From assembly GCA_951406725.2 (NCBI GenBank), contig OX597838.1, positions 43,028,001 to 43,092,000 of the forward strand: DNA of 64,000 nt, given 5' to 3'. Positions within the stretch are counted from its first letter, which is position 1, and the number at the start of each line of letters is the position of its first letter. Both the position numbers and the translations under genes were made by a program. This DNA comes from Octopus vulgaris (lineage: Eukaryota). Below, in pieces: positions 27,374 to 40,175 of the stretch. The notes under the pieces are model-generated. The model searched no databases, had not been told where the DNA came from, and saw nothing but the letters and a program-made list of their open reading frames with translations.

Positions 27374-28311
27374 TTTTAATGTTCATTCTCCATGGCATGG
27401 GTTGGATGGTCTGATGAGCTCCACTTGTCTGCTTTGACATAGTTTCTGCGGCTGAATGCTTTTCCTCACATCAACTGCCTTCATAGAGGGAGCCGGGTGC
27501 TTCTTACCCGCCACTGGCATCCTCTTGCACTCATGTAACACTGGCACGAGTGTTACATGCACCAGCAGGAGTGCATCTTACATGGCACTGGCTGGAGCAG
27601 CATTTTATGTCTGCAAGACAAAGACCTCTCACCTGGGAGAGGGAGTGGGGGCAATGGCCATAAAGAATATGTCTGCATGGATGGATGGCCACAAATTTTT
27701 TTTAAGAAATGTAATGCTGAAAATTGCTGCCACCACCTCCATCATTACCATTGTTTTAATGCCTACTCTTCCATGCTCCAATGGGTCAGGGGAGAGTTTG
27801 TTGGGGGGGGGGGGGGCCTGATGTCTCTCACGTCACCAACCGTTCATTTGCTTCCCAGTAAGCAAATAGTCTTTAGACTCTTGAACAACAAAGAACCCGA
27901 ACATGTTTATGGAGAACTGGAAACAATACGACTCTACATGAAGAGACGTTTTGTTTGCGAACATCAAGAACGGTATCAAGGAATCTGAAGAAGCTCACAG
28001 ACAACACTTTGGACAAGACATTGTTTAGAAGCAAAGGAAATACAAATTCACATGCACACAGACACATAAACATACATATATATATACACACACACACACA
28101 TATAGATGTATAAATATATATATACAAAGCTGAGGTAGATGATGTCTACATCTGTACTATGAAAAGTTAAAACAGAATGGGGAAAATGAGTGAGGGACAT
28201 AACCAAACCTGCAGACACTCTGTACTTGACAGAAAGTAGAGTAGGGAGTGAGAGAAAAAAAGAGAACGAGTTACATCAGTGTTCCTCGACCATTTTTTCC
28301 CTATGAACCCA

Positions 28312-28473
28312 TTATACTCTCGGAGTGGTTGGCATTAGGAAGGGCATCCAGCCATAGGAAACCTTGCCAAGTTAGAATGGAGTCTGGTGCTGCCTTCCAA
28401 CTTGCCAGCCCAGTCAAACCGTCCAACCCATGCCAGCATAGACAACAGACGATAAATGATGATGATGATGATG
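28312..28473 (+). mobile_element. RTE-type 3' end with (GAT)n tail
   Basis: Same terminal consensus as 8090-8337. Confidence 0.8.
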
Positions 28474-28580
28474 AACCTCCTGCCATTCCTATTTCACTCT
28501 ACAAGACTATCATAACCATTCTGTGTTTAAAAAAAAAATTGTATTTTTATAATTAAATATTAATTAAGAATTAAATATTA

Positions 28581-28952
28581 GGTGCAGGAGTGGCTGTGTG
28601 GTAAGTAGCTTGCTTACCAACCACATGGTTCCGGGTTCTGTCCCACTGCATGGCACCTTGGGCAAGTGTTTTCTACTATAGCCTTGGGCTGACCAAAGCC
28701 TTGTGAGTGGATTTGGTAGACGGAAACTGAAAGAAGCCCATCGTATATATGCATATATATATATATATATATATGTATGTTTGTGTGTGTTTTTGTCCCA
28801 CCAACATTGCTTGACAACCGATGCTGGTGTGTTTACATCCCCATAACTTAGCGGTTTGGCAAAAGAGTAAGTCGTGGAGGCGATTTGCTCGACTGAAGGC
28901 AGTACTCCAGCATGGCCATAGTCAAATGAATGAAACAAGTAAAAGAGTAAAG
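28581..28952 (+). mobile_element. SINE family A, full length
   Basis: GGTGCAGGAGTGGCTGTGTGGTAAG (A box) ... GGGTTCTGTCCC (B box) ... ACCTTGGGCAAGTG ... GAAACAAGTAAAAGAGTAAAGAG tail. Confidence 0.92.
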
Positions 28953-29183
28953 AGTAAATATTAATTAGGAATTAGAAATATTGAATTTCTAAATGTCTCA
29001 GAGAGACATGAGCGGTGGTGGAGCGATAGAGTGGTTGTATACTGTCAACATAACGTGCCAGTGGCGTAAAGGGAATCACTCCACCGCTATTTAGCCTCAA
29101 CGCTTCCTGTCGGCTTTGACACATTTCCTGTGTCCTTATATTTGCAAAGGGGAGGCAAGCACCCCCACCCAGCCAGGGCCTGC

Positions 29184-29231
29184 CCCTAGAGACATGCATG
29201 TTTGTGAGTCTTGCTCGTCATCAGTCCAGGG
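29184..29231 (-). ncRNA. Minimal type-I hammerhead-ribozyme-like motif
   Basis: CCCTGGA-CTGATGA-CGAGCAAGACTCA-CAAA-CATGCATG-TC-TCTAGGG: 7-bp stem I, palindromic stem III, GUC triplet; GAAA mutated to CAAA. Confidence 0.6.
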
Positions 29232-32200
29232 TAGCAAGTCCTGCTGGTTGAGATGTTTGCCAAGACTTCGCAAATCTATATATTTTCAGTGAAATCTATT
29301 CACTGATTACCAATTAGGAATTGTGTAAAAAGAAATTGTTGAAACATTTTGGGTATTGAAGAAGTAAAAGGAATTTATTGCTTATAAACTTTAACAACAA
29401 GATCTCATACAGACCCCGAAGGATCATATGGATCCCTAAGGGTCGTATGAACCCTTATTGAGAACCACAGTGTTAGACCGTTGTCATGGACCCTCCTCTG
29501 TTGTTGTCCTGAACAGACGAGGGTCCCACAGTTTCTTGCTGATTTGTCCCCAGTGATCAAATAAATGAACTCCCTCTCTGCACCCAAACTGGCATGACAT
29601 GCAGAGGTTCCCCAATGTGCCATACGTCACATGTCAAAATGATCATAGAGTGACATGAGATGAAATGCTTTGTTCAAGAACACAATGCACTGCCTGGTCC
29701 AGGAATTGAAACCATGATATCTTGATTGTGACTGTAGCACCCTAACCACTGGACCATGCATTAGATCATAATAACGTTATAAACCAGAGCGTGCCACACT
29801 ATTACCCCTGCCCCTTTCCGTTTCACTCCCCACAACCACTTGTTGTGACTCAACAATATTAGAGACACAACCAAAAATTTGCTGCCAACAGGTTGATTCT
29901 CCTTAAAGGACTTGGCATCAGAGTTATTTCATCAATATACAATGATACGGATTGTCAGAACAACATTTTGACTCCTGATGTTAGCAGACAATTCACAAAC
30001 AGAATAAGAAATTGAAAATGATCTATGGCATCCCCCACCCCCACCCCCTTTGTCCCCAGTAACCATATAAAAATTTTCTGCTGCAGTCCATGAGTGGTAC
30101 CAGCCATTTTGAGTAGCATCGTTACAGAATAATCTGACAAGAAATTGCCAATTCAAGAGATGAGAGCCAAATGGAGACCAAAGACAGGCAACTCGGTCAA
30201 AGGTTTTGGTGAGAGGTCAAAGGTGGCAATATTGCTTTTACCAAAATCCTCGAGAGTAAAACACTACTTGTGTGTGTGTGTGCGTGCGTGTGTGAATGTG
30301 ATGAAAGTAACCAGAGCTTAATACTGTTGATAGTTGGAAGTCTTGCACCACCAGACAGCAGGTTGGCTCTGGCCGCAGGAGCTGAAACTAACACGACTCT
30401 GTTGGAAGGTAGGTCTAGAGAGGGTGCAGGCCACAACTACGTGCCCTTCCCCTCCATTGGTCAATTGAAGCTTAGACAGTGTCACGTGACAGTTAGCTGG
30501 TGCTGGCTGCTGGAGGCTAGCGGTCAGTATTTAAAGAGATTTGGCAGGATGGTCAGTCGCCCGCTGACACTGCATCGAAGAAACCAAAAAACAAAAGGCC
30601 AAAGGAAAAAGAGGAAAGAAAAAACACACTCAACCACAGAGGTAGGGGTGGTGCCACATCAAAAATGGTAGAAGAGTAGGGCCCAAACCTGGACATGGTT
30701 CCTCCTGGTGATGTCCTTAGCCACTGGAGCCTATAAAAGAGCTGTTGAGGTAGCGAACCACAAAACGTGGTTGGAATTCCATCTATTGTTGCATGGAAAA
30801 AGTATCAGGTGGTTATTGAGAAGGAAATAAGAAAAAAAGTAGTTGTTCATAACAATGTCTGTCACTGATGAGATGTTGGAGAGAGAGAAATACTTGGCAG
30901 ACTTAGAAACCTCATGAGTAAGGGCAGTGGTCCACAAATGATTTGAACCTGCACTCTACTCCCCACCATCATTAACATCACTTAATGTCCACCTTTCCAT
31001 ACTTGCATTGGTCAGATGGAACGAAATGAGATGAATTTTCTGTTGTGATGCCCTTCCTGTCACTGACCCTCACTTGTTTCCAACCAAGGTACTGTATATG
31101 CCAAGGTACTGTATATGCCAAGGTACTGTATATGCCAAGGTACTGCATATGACACATTTCTTTTATTCTTGAATTGCCATGTGTTTAACGTGATCGCATT
31201 ACAAACGGGATACTGAGTGTGTGAATGTATGATTAGACATATTCAATTTGGGGTTTGTCCCAACTTGTAGGTGTCTCTCTTCTGTGGGTGCATCTTATAC
31301 ACCAGTGAACATGATTCTACTTCTGTATGGCCAGGCATGTTTCACAGATTAGAAAGAAATGACATTGTGTCCTGTCCCAGTTTCACATCATAAAACACTA
31401 AAAGCATAGTTTTAGATAAAATGGTTTCTTGAGCAGTCGTAACCTATTTTACTATTAAATTAAACTTACATTTCTGCAGGCTTTGGAATCAATGCTTCAT
31501 AACTCTACTTTTTTTTTTATACCTCTGCCCCCCACCCCCACCCTCACCCCACCCCCCACACACAACTGCCTGCAAACAAAATATATAAAACTGGTCAGAA
31601 AAGCAAACAAACACCCAGGAAGAAAAGATGATCAATGAATATTTTTCAATATTTGAAGTAATTTTTTGTTTAAATCAATGAATCTGAAAATGCATCATTG
31701 TTCAGCTGTGTTCATTCTTCTAACAAGAGTCAAGCAAATGGACTTGACACAGGAGAAGCAGTGAAGACATAAAGGAATTATATATTACAACAAGTATAGA
31801 AGATCTTTAATGCTGAATGCTCAAGTAATCAGTTTATCAAGAACTGTGCAGTTACTGTCAACAATGTAAAACTGGAATGATGTGATGAGTGTTACTGTCA
31901 AATGAGCAGCGTTGGATGCGGAGAAATAATGCCTTGTTTGGAAACAGGTTAAGGTTAACAAGAGGGGTCTCTGGTCACAGAAAATCTACCTCAATGAAAT
32001 AAAGAAGCAGTCAAGTACTGGAGATAGGGATCACTCTAATCAACTCGTCCCTTTGCCACAAATTCGAAATACTTGTTACCATGACAAACAGCTGCACATA
32101 GTCTTGGAGGTTGTACGAGTTGCATTTCTGGCAATGATCCTTTCTAAAATATGCACAAGGCCTGGAATTTTAAGAGAGAGGCCTAGTTGACTTGATCAAC

Positions 32201-33344
32201 CTCATTATTTGACTGGTACTTATTTCATTGATGCTGAAAGGATGAAAGGTAAAGTTGACCTTGATGGAATTTGAACTCAGAACATGATCACAGACGTAAG
32301 GCCACTTTTATTCCTGGTTATTTCCTTTTAAGCATTCCTTTAACTGTGTCAAGCCCTGACACTTTTACTTGTTTCAGCCAGTAGACTGAGGCCATGCTGG
32401 AGCACTGCCTTAGAGGGTTTTAGCAAAACAAATCAACCAGAGGACTTACTTTAAGTTAGGTACTTATTCTGTCAGTCTCTTTTGCTGAACCACAAAGTTA
32501 AGGAGCAAATACAAACAAAACATGCCCACCCCCACACACATATATCTGATAGGCTTCTACACAGTTTCCACCTAGCAAATTACATAGAAGGCATTGGTTG
32601 GCCAGGAGCCAAAGCAGAAGGCACTTGTCCAAAGTGTTGTGAAGTGGGATTGAACCCTAAACCAAAACCATGTCATTGTGAAGTAAACTTCTGGATCACA
32701 CAGCCATGCAAAAGAAAATCCTCATCATCATCATTGTTTAACATCTGCTTTCCATGCTGGCATGGGTTGGACAGTTTGACTGAGGACCGGTGAGCCAGAT
32801 GGCTGCACCAGGCTCCAGTCTGATCTGGCAGAGTTAGGGTTAGAGTTATATATATATATATATATAAAGTTAATCCAAACATGGAAACACAACAACGTGA
32901 GGACGTGGAACAAGTACAGTGTTATTGGACGTTCAAGAAATGAAAGAAGGAAGGAGGATTTAACATTTTGAGTGGAGCTCTTTGTCAGAAACATAGGAAA
33001 AGGAAAGATCCAAGGAAGGGAAGACGGAGGGAAAAAAATCGCTAATGATACACATGTGGTCACATATTGAATGACCGGAAGGGTCATTAGATATGTATAT
33101 ATATATATATATATACACACTGGATTACTTAATGGTCAGAAGATTTTGCTTGCTGTTTTATTTTTTGGAACTGTTGACTGTTTTCTTCCCTTTTATCTTT
33201 TATTTGTGATTTTCTTTTTATTGAACAGTTTTCCTTTTTTTCTTCCTTTTGTTGAGATTTTCTTTTGATTTCTTTACTTTTCTTTTTTTTTCTTTTTGAA
33301 TTTTATCCTGAACTGTGTTTGAACTTTGTGTTTAAAAAAAAACA

Positions 33345-34570
33345 TGGCAAAGAACAAGGACAATGTTTTAGAGTGGGAAATTGTTCCACCCAAACAGTGG
33401 TTGAAAGACCGTGAAGAGGACAGTGGTGTTGAGGACTTACTCCAAGTCGCTCGACACCATTGCCCTATTTCAAATTAATGTTATCGAAAGGGAGTTGGCA
33501 GAGTATCTGCCAACTATTAAATTCATATCCAGGGGAGTCAAATATGCAATGGTCTGGTTGCTATTTGACACCCCTGAGGAGGCGTGCAAATTTGCAAGCC
33601 ACCACTTGGAGGGCTAAGAGATTTTGTTCCTTCCCACGTATTGTGGGAGGAAGTTGACGAGGGCTTGGGGTCTGTGGTTTGCCACCCAGAATAGAACCTG
33701 AGTGGATAGAGGACACTATCCGCCGGGGTCTGGGTGGCAGCAGAGCCAAGCTCTTCAATGTAAAAATGTGGCTGATTGGGTGGGGATAAAAGTGGTTTTG
33801 ACCCTGTGGACCCAATCAGCCAAAAATCTGGTATTTCCCAATTTTTTTTAAATGGCCAGGTGAAAATGGCCCCTGTGTCATCAGTGCCTGGAGCCTGGCC
33901 ATATAAAGAAAAACAGGAACAAAGTAAGGTCCTGCAGCAGTTGGTTGAGATTTCTGTAGAAGAGGGAATGAAGGTGGCCAAGGATTCCTCAAAGAAGGGT
34001 CGCAAGAGGAAGAAGGTGAGCAACAAGGATCCTAGGGATGAGGGAGGGGAGGCAAATCTACCAGTCACGGAGGAGACACACCCTCCCTCAGATGAGAATA
34101 AAAAAAGAAGAAGAGAAACGGGACATTGCCAGCAGTCGGTAACATAGTACCGGAATGTCCTAGAACCTCATGAGTGGGGGTTGTGCCACCGGCGGGGGAA
34201 GAGACACTGTCGGTGAGAATTGTGCTGCCAATGGTAGAAGCGACTACCTCATCCCCAGAGGAAGACAAATTATTGGTCTTCGACAGAGGCGGAGAAGTGG
34301 AGAAGATGTTGGAAAAGCACCATAAGGGAGTACCTTTAGCCTGCACACAGGATCCCGAATGGCCTCCGCAGATAGCTGTGGAGGTCATAATGTTGCCCGT
34401 GTTGCATAGGCTGGAGGGACTCAACGAGGAATATTGCTTGTGGCTGGGGGATGCTGAAACGGCACCCACTTTGTGCTTGAATGAGGCATGGGTGATGGCA
34501 GAGGACGGGGTCACAAGTGATATTGGGGAGGAATATGGAAAAGAGGTTGAAAAGCCTCAGTGTTATTGAA
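33345..34570 (+). pseudogene. Decayed ORF1-like (RRM-type) region of a non-LTR retrotransposon
   Basis: Frameshifted reading MAKNKDNVLEWEIVPPKQW / KRTVVLRTYSK..KFISRGVKYAMVWLLFDTPEEACKF..LFLPTYCGRKLTRAWVCGLPPRIEPEWI, preceded by a T-rich leader. Stops and frameshifts present; no ORF2 follows. Confidence 0.5.
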
Positions 34571-34979
34571 AATTCCTAGTTTGGGAAAAAAAAGATAAGA
34601 AGCTTAGTGCCTCATTTTGTTATTGAATATTGTGAACAGTGTAAGAGGTTTGTTGCCTTATGAAGAATATAAAAGATCAATATTCTCGGGAAACAACGAT
34701 CGGCGGGCGTCGCTTCACCCCCCCCCATTAATCATCATTTTCATTTTTCATTTCACATAACATTATGTCAGTGTCCAGCCCACAGCTTCCTATCTCTGTG
34801 TAAAGCCTTTTATGGCCAATGTAATGAAATAAAGAAGCTTGCTTCCCAACCACATGGTTCTGGGTTCAGTCGCACAGCGTGGCACCTTGGGCAAATGTCT
34901 TCTACTATAACCTTGTGAGTGTATTTGGTAGATGGAAACTGGAAGAAGCCTGTTGTATACACACATACACATATATATA

Positions 34980-35140
34980 TCATCATCATCATTGTTCGAC
35001 CGTGGTCGAGACAATGGAATTTACCATGCTACGCCAGACTTCACGGTCCATCATGGCATTACGGAGGTCCTGTTGCTGGATACCTGTATCCCTGGAGATT
35101 ACATCAGGGTAGGAGAGTGTGCGCCCTCTGGTATTGCGAG
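34980..35140 (-). mobile_element. RTE-clade LINE 3' terminus inserted in the internal microsatellite of a SINE A copy (34830-35390)
   Basis: Encodes RGRTLSYPDVISRDTGIQQQDLRNAMMDREVWRSMVNSIVSTTVEQ* then (GAT)n; SINE halves lie on both sides. Confidence 0.75.
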
Positions 35141-36239
35141 TAGATACATATATCTGTGTTTATGTGTCTTTGTGTCTGTGTTTGTCTCTCCACCACCACT
35201 ACTACTTGACAGCCGTGCTGGTGTGTTTACACCCCCATAACTTAGCAGTTTGGCAAAAGAGACTGATAGAATAAGTACCAGGCTTTTAAAAAATAAGTAC
35301 TGGGGTGATATATTCAATTAAAAATTCTTCAGATCAGTGTCGCAGGATGGCTGCAGTCCAATGACTGAAACAGGTAAAAGATACAAGATTAAAGGCAGGT
35401 GTGTGTGTGTGTGTGTGTTTGATAACTGGTGTCAGTGTGTTTACAAACCTGTAACTTAGCGGTTTGGCAAAAGAGAATAACAGAGCAAGTACCAGGCTTG
35501 AAATTAAAAAATTCAAAACTCACGTACCTCGGTCAGTTCATTTGACTAAAATTCTTGAAAAGCAGTGCCCCAGCATGGCCATAGCCTAATGACTGCAACA
35601 AGTAAGAAATAAAAACTTTTTTTTAAATCTCCCCTTTGTTTTGTTTTTTGTTGTTTTGACATTTGATGACATCACTCAGTCATGGCAACAACTGTTTAAC
35701 TCCCTTCAATGACAGACTTTGGATCAATAACCTAACGAGTTAGATTAAATCAAAGTGTAAACGACAATGAGAAGACTGTCACAGCAACACATGGAAGCAC
35801 ACATCTGGCAAAAGTCAAAAGAAACTTTGATTCAATCACAACACATTCTCCAATAAGTGAGAGAATACATACATACATACATATACATATATTTGTATAC
35901 ATACATATATATATATGTATACATATATGTATACATACATATATATGTGTATACTTACATACATTTATATATGTATACATACATATACATATATATATAT
36001 ATGCATACATATGTATACATATATATATATGTATATGTGTGTGTGTGTGGTATATATGAATATACATCTGCGTATATAATATCCGCCATGTTAGACCACT
36101 GAACTCAACCCGTCTCTTTCCTTCTCTCTCTGTTTATTTCCTCTTATTCCTTTCTGCAGAAGAGCATACGCTCAAAACATAAAATACTTCTCCATTTTTC
36201 AAACCAATACAATTGTTTTCGTCTTAGTTTTATATATAT

Positions 36240-36627
36240 ACTAGCAGTATCGCCCGGCGTTGCTCAGGTTTATAAGGGAAATAACTATAAAGCATTTTTA
36301 GAGAGTTATAGCCAAAAAATAGCAAAAAAATGGAAAAAAAATTATGGTAAATTTTTTTTTGAGAGTAAAAAAAGGTTGAGTTGCGTCCCCTAGACAGTCT
36401 GTGGTTTGTTTTTTTGATTCTCGACCCCATGTCGAATTTATCGATTTTTTTCAGAACTGGGGTTAACTTTTCAAAATTTTCGCTGCGTTAGTTTTGAATT
36501 ATGACATTGGGCTATGTGTGTGTCAAGTTTCATCAGAATCGGTTGAAAGCCGTGGTCAGGGTGAGGGTACAACCAAACAGACACACAGAAACACGCACAG
36601 ACAAACTGCCGTTTATATAGAGAGAGA
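36240..36627 (+). mobile_element. Non-autonomous Helitron/DINE-like element
   Basis: Starts ACTAGCAGTATCGCCCGGCGTTGCTC, has AAGTTTCATCAGAATCGG and a CAGA/CA microsatellite near the end ...TTTATATAGAGAGAGAT. Same 5' end at 53403. Confidence 0.6.
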
Positions 36628-36636
36628 TGATGATAT

Positions 36637-36669
<33 letters not shown>

Positions 36670-37045
36670 CACACACCAGTGTCACAGCTGGATACACCAA
36701 TAGAGTAGTAGTAGTAGTGTGTGGGCTGAAGCAATAGATTAACCAGCTGTGCCCTTCAAGACCCACTAAGGTGGTTCAGTCTGTCAATATTCAGCTGTAA
36801 ATTGATCCAGCAGAAGAGGCACACAGAGCTCAGTGCTGTGGCCAGAGGAACACTTGAGAAATGAATAGCATTTGCTTTATTCAACTTTCTTCAAGGCCTT
36901 GATACATGACACTGTGAACCAGTACACAACACTGACTACAATAAGTGTGTGTGTATATATATATATATACACATTCATTTATATTATGTGTGTACGTGTG
37001 TGTATACATATATACACACACATATATATAATACATATTTATATT

Positions 37046-37094
<49 letters not shown>

Positions 37095-37419
37095 CACTTA
37101 TATACTACATATATATATATATACTTACATACATACATTTATATACCACACACACATATATATACATACACATACATTTATATACTACACACACAAATAT
37201 ATATATATATATATATATACATACACATACATTTATATACTACACATATATATACATATATGTATATATACATATATGTATATATACATACATTTATATT
37301 GTTTATATATCATCATTGTTTAACGTCCGTTTTCCATGCTAGCATGGGTTAGACAGTTCAACAGGAGTCTGGGAATCCAGAAGGCTGCACCAGGCTCAGT
37401 CTGATCTGGCAGTGTTTCT

Positions 37420-38065
<646 letters not shown>

Positions 38066-38204
38066 TATACATACACACACACACATTTATATTATATATT
38101 TTTTCTTTTTATGGAAGTTAAAAGTGATGGCCAGTCATAGAGTGACCACTGCTTTCGCACTTATAAAGCACTTAACAGTATATGTGACTTACACTTCATA
38201 TTCA

Positions 38205-38273
38205 AAGCTCTGATGACGCCATAAGGTGTTACTATGAGTCCACCACATCTTATAGCAAAAACAGCTGTAAGCT
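38205..38273 (+). ncRNA. Degenerate hammerhead-like motif
   Basis: AGCT-CTGATGA-CGCCATAAG...CTTATAGC-AAAAA-CAGCTG-TA-AGCT; palindromic stem III; G of GAAA lost. Confidence 0.45.
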
Positions 38274-39007
38274 ACTGAAGTTCTTAAGACAATTGTTTCT
38301 TGCTTTGTCATCTTATTTTCTTAAATATACAAACATAGACATATATGCACATTACGATGAATAGCCATATAGCGCGTCTGGGCATCGTACAGTGACTGAA
38401 AAGCATAGGAAAGGTAATCTCTAAGTTCATAGTGTCGTCTGCCAAGTGTTTGTGACCAATGAGGAGATAATTCCTCTGAAATGCTAGCATCTCAGTCTAG
38501 GTAGATGGCGCTGCAAGCTGATCTAGGTGTATACACAACATTTGTCAAAATGCAGTCAGTGGCTTGTTCCCCAGTTCAAATGTGCATCAAGCATATCGAG
38601 ACATTGCTCCATATATGTACATACATATATGCAAGTATATATATGTGCGTGTATACACACACAAGCATATATCAATGTGTTATAAGCTACACAATGGTGC
38701 CCGTTGGCCACAGAATTTCTATCTCTGTATCACAAAGAGGTTATTTACACAAGTTGTCGATGCAAAAGAATGACATTGGATCACTGAGTGATAATGCAGT
38801 TGTGTAAGGCAGCCTGTTGTCATAACACTGTTATATACCATTACATTGTTATACAACATCAGCTTTAACAATAGCTACAAGCATTAGGGAAAAAATTGCT
38901 ATTGTAATGTGAGAAACACAAGATCTACACTGACCTCAAAACAATCTTGCTTGACCTTTGAATTGTTGGGCAAATTTAGCTAAAAATCATTTGGGATATC
39001 TTTCTTT

Positions 39008-39372
39008 TACCTTCACCTTAGCAAAGGAGAAGGTGTTGTTTTCTGTCATGTTTGTTTGTTTGTCTGTGGACAAGATATCTCAAGAACTACTGGATGGGTT
39101 CAGACAAAACTTCCAAGGATGTTTGGCCTCGTGACTGGCATGAACTGATTAGATTTTGAGATCCATCCAGTACCGGACACAGATTCTGGATTATTTTTCC
39201 TGTTTTTTTAGTTAATTTTCGAGAGCGGTCGGGTTCATTTTTAGTATTCTCGTTTGTGAGAGCAGTCGAGTTTATTTCAGATATTCTCATTTTAAAAATC
39301 ATCTCTGGCTAATTGTTGAGAGGATGTTGGTGTTACCTTAGCAGAGTTTGCGCTCTCTGAGTGCTCTTGTTT
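39008..39372. mobile_element. Helentron-associated (HINE-like) non-autonomous element
   Basis: Begins TTACCTTCACCTTAGCAAAGGAGAAGG + GTTT/GTCT microsatellite; ends CCTTAGCAGAGTTTGCGCTCTCTGAGTGC (short hairpin) CTTGTT. Confidence 0.5.
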
Positions 39373-39840
39373 GTTTTTTGTTTTTTTTGTGTGCCTAACC
39401 CCTATTCCCAGTAAATTTGAGGAGGTGAAGGAGTCATTTTTCAATATTATTGGGTGATCCGTACTGGAATCAACCAGGTGTAAAATTTAAAAAGTGGGAA
39501 GCAGAAAAAGGTTGATCATGGTAGAGACTTGACAAGCAGAGAGACAGAGTGATGCGAACCTTACACTTAGGGGGCTGGGCACAATGACGCTAATTAATTG
39601 AGGGAAGAAGTAGACACTTTTAGCTTTTGCTCGTTTCAGACTTTGGATTGTGGCTATGCTGGAGCACTGCCAAATCGATCCCAGAACTTATTTTAAAGCC
39701 TGATACTTATTCTATTAGTATTTTTTTGTCTAGCTTCAAAGTAACAGGGATGTAAATAAACCAGCACCAGTTGTCAAGAGGTGATGGGGACAAATACAAC
39801 ACAAACAGATACACACACACACACACACACAGAGGCACAT

Positions 39841-39898
39841 ACAGACAGACAGACAGATAGAAAGCCATAGAAAGATAGACATAGATAGATAGACAGAC

Positions 39899-39929
<31 letters not shown>

Positions 39930-39973
39930 TAGATAAACAAACAGACAGACATAGATAGATAGACAGACGTTGA

Positions 39974-40004
<31 letters not shown>

Positions 40005-40050
40005 GCAGATAGATAGACAGACAGATAGATAGATAGATAGATAGACAAAC

Positions 40051-40098
<48 letters not shown>

Positions 40099-40112
40099 AT
40101 AGATAGACAAAT

Positions 40113-40152
<40 letters not shown>

Positions 40153-40175
40153 GGAGATAGAGAGATAGACAGACA
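39841..40175. repeat. (GATA)n/(GACA)n expansion inside a SINE A copy (39625-40345, minus)
   Basis: Directly visible; SINE halves flank it. Confidence 0.95.

Noticed and set aside
26224-27437. His-rich, extensin-like or Gly/Asp-rich protein ORFs
   Set aside because: Open in several frames on both strands because of the CAT/CAC repeat; it is a retroposon tail, with no splice or unique coding context.
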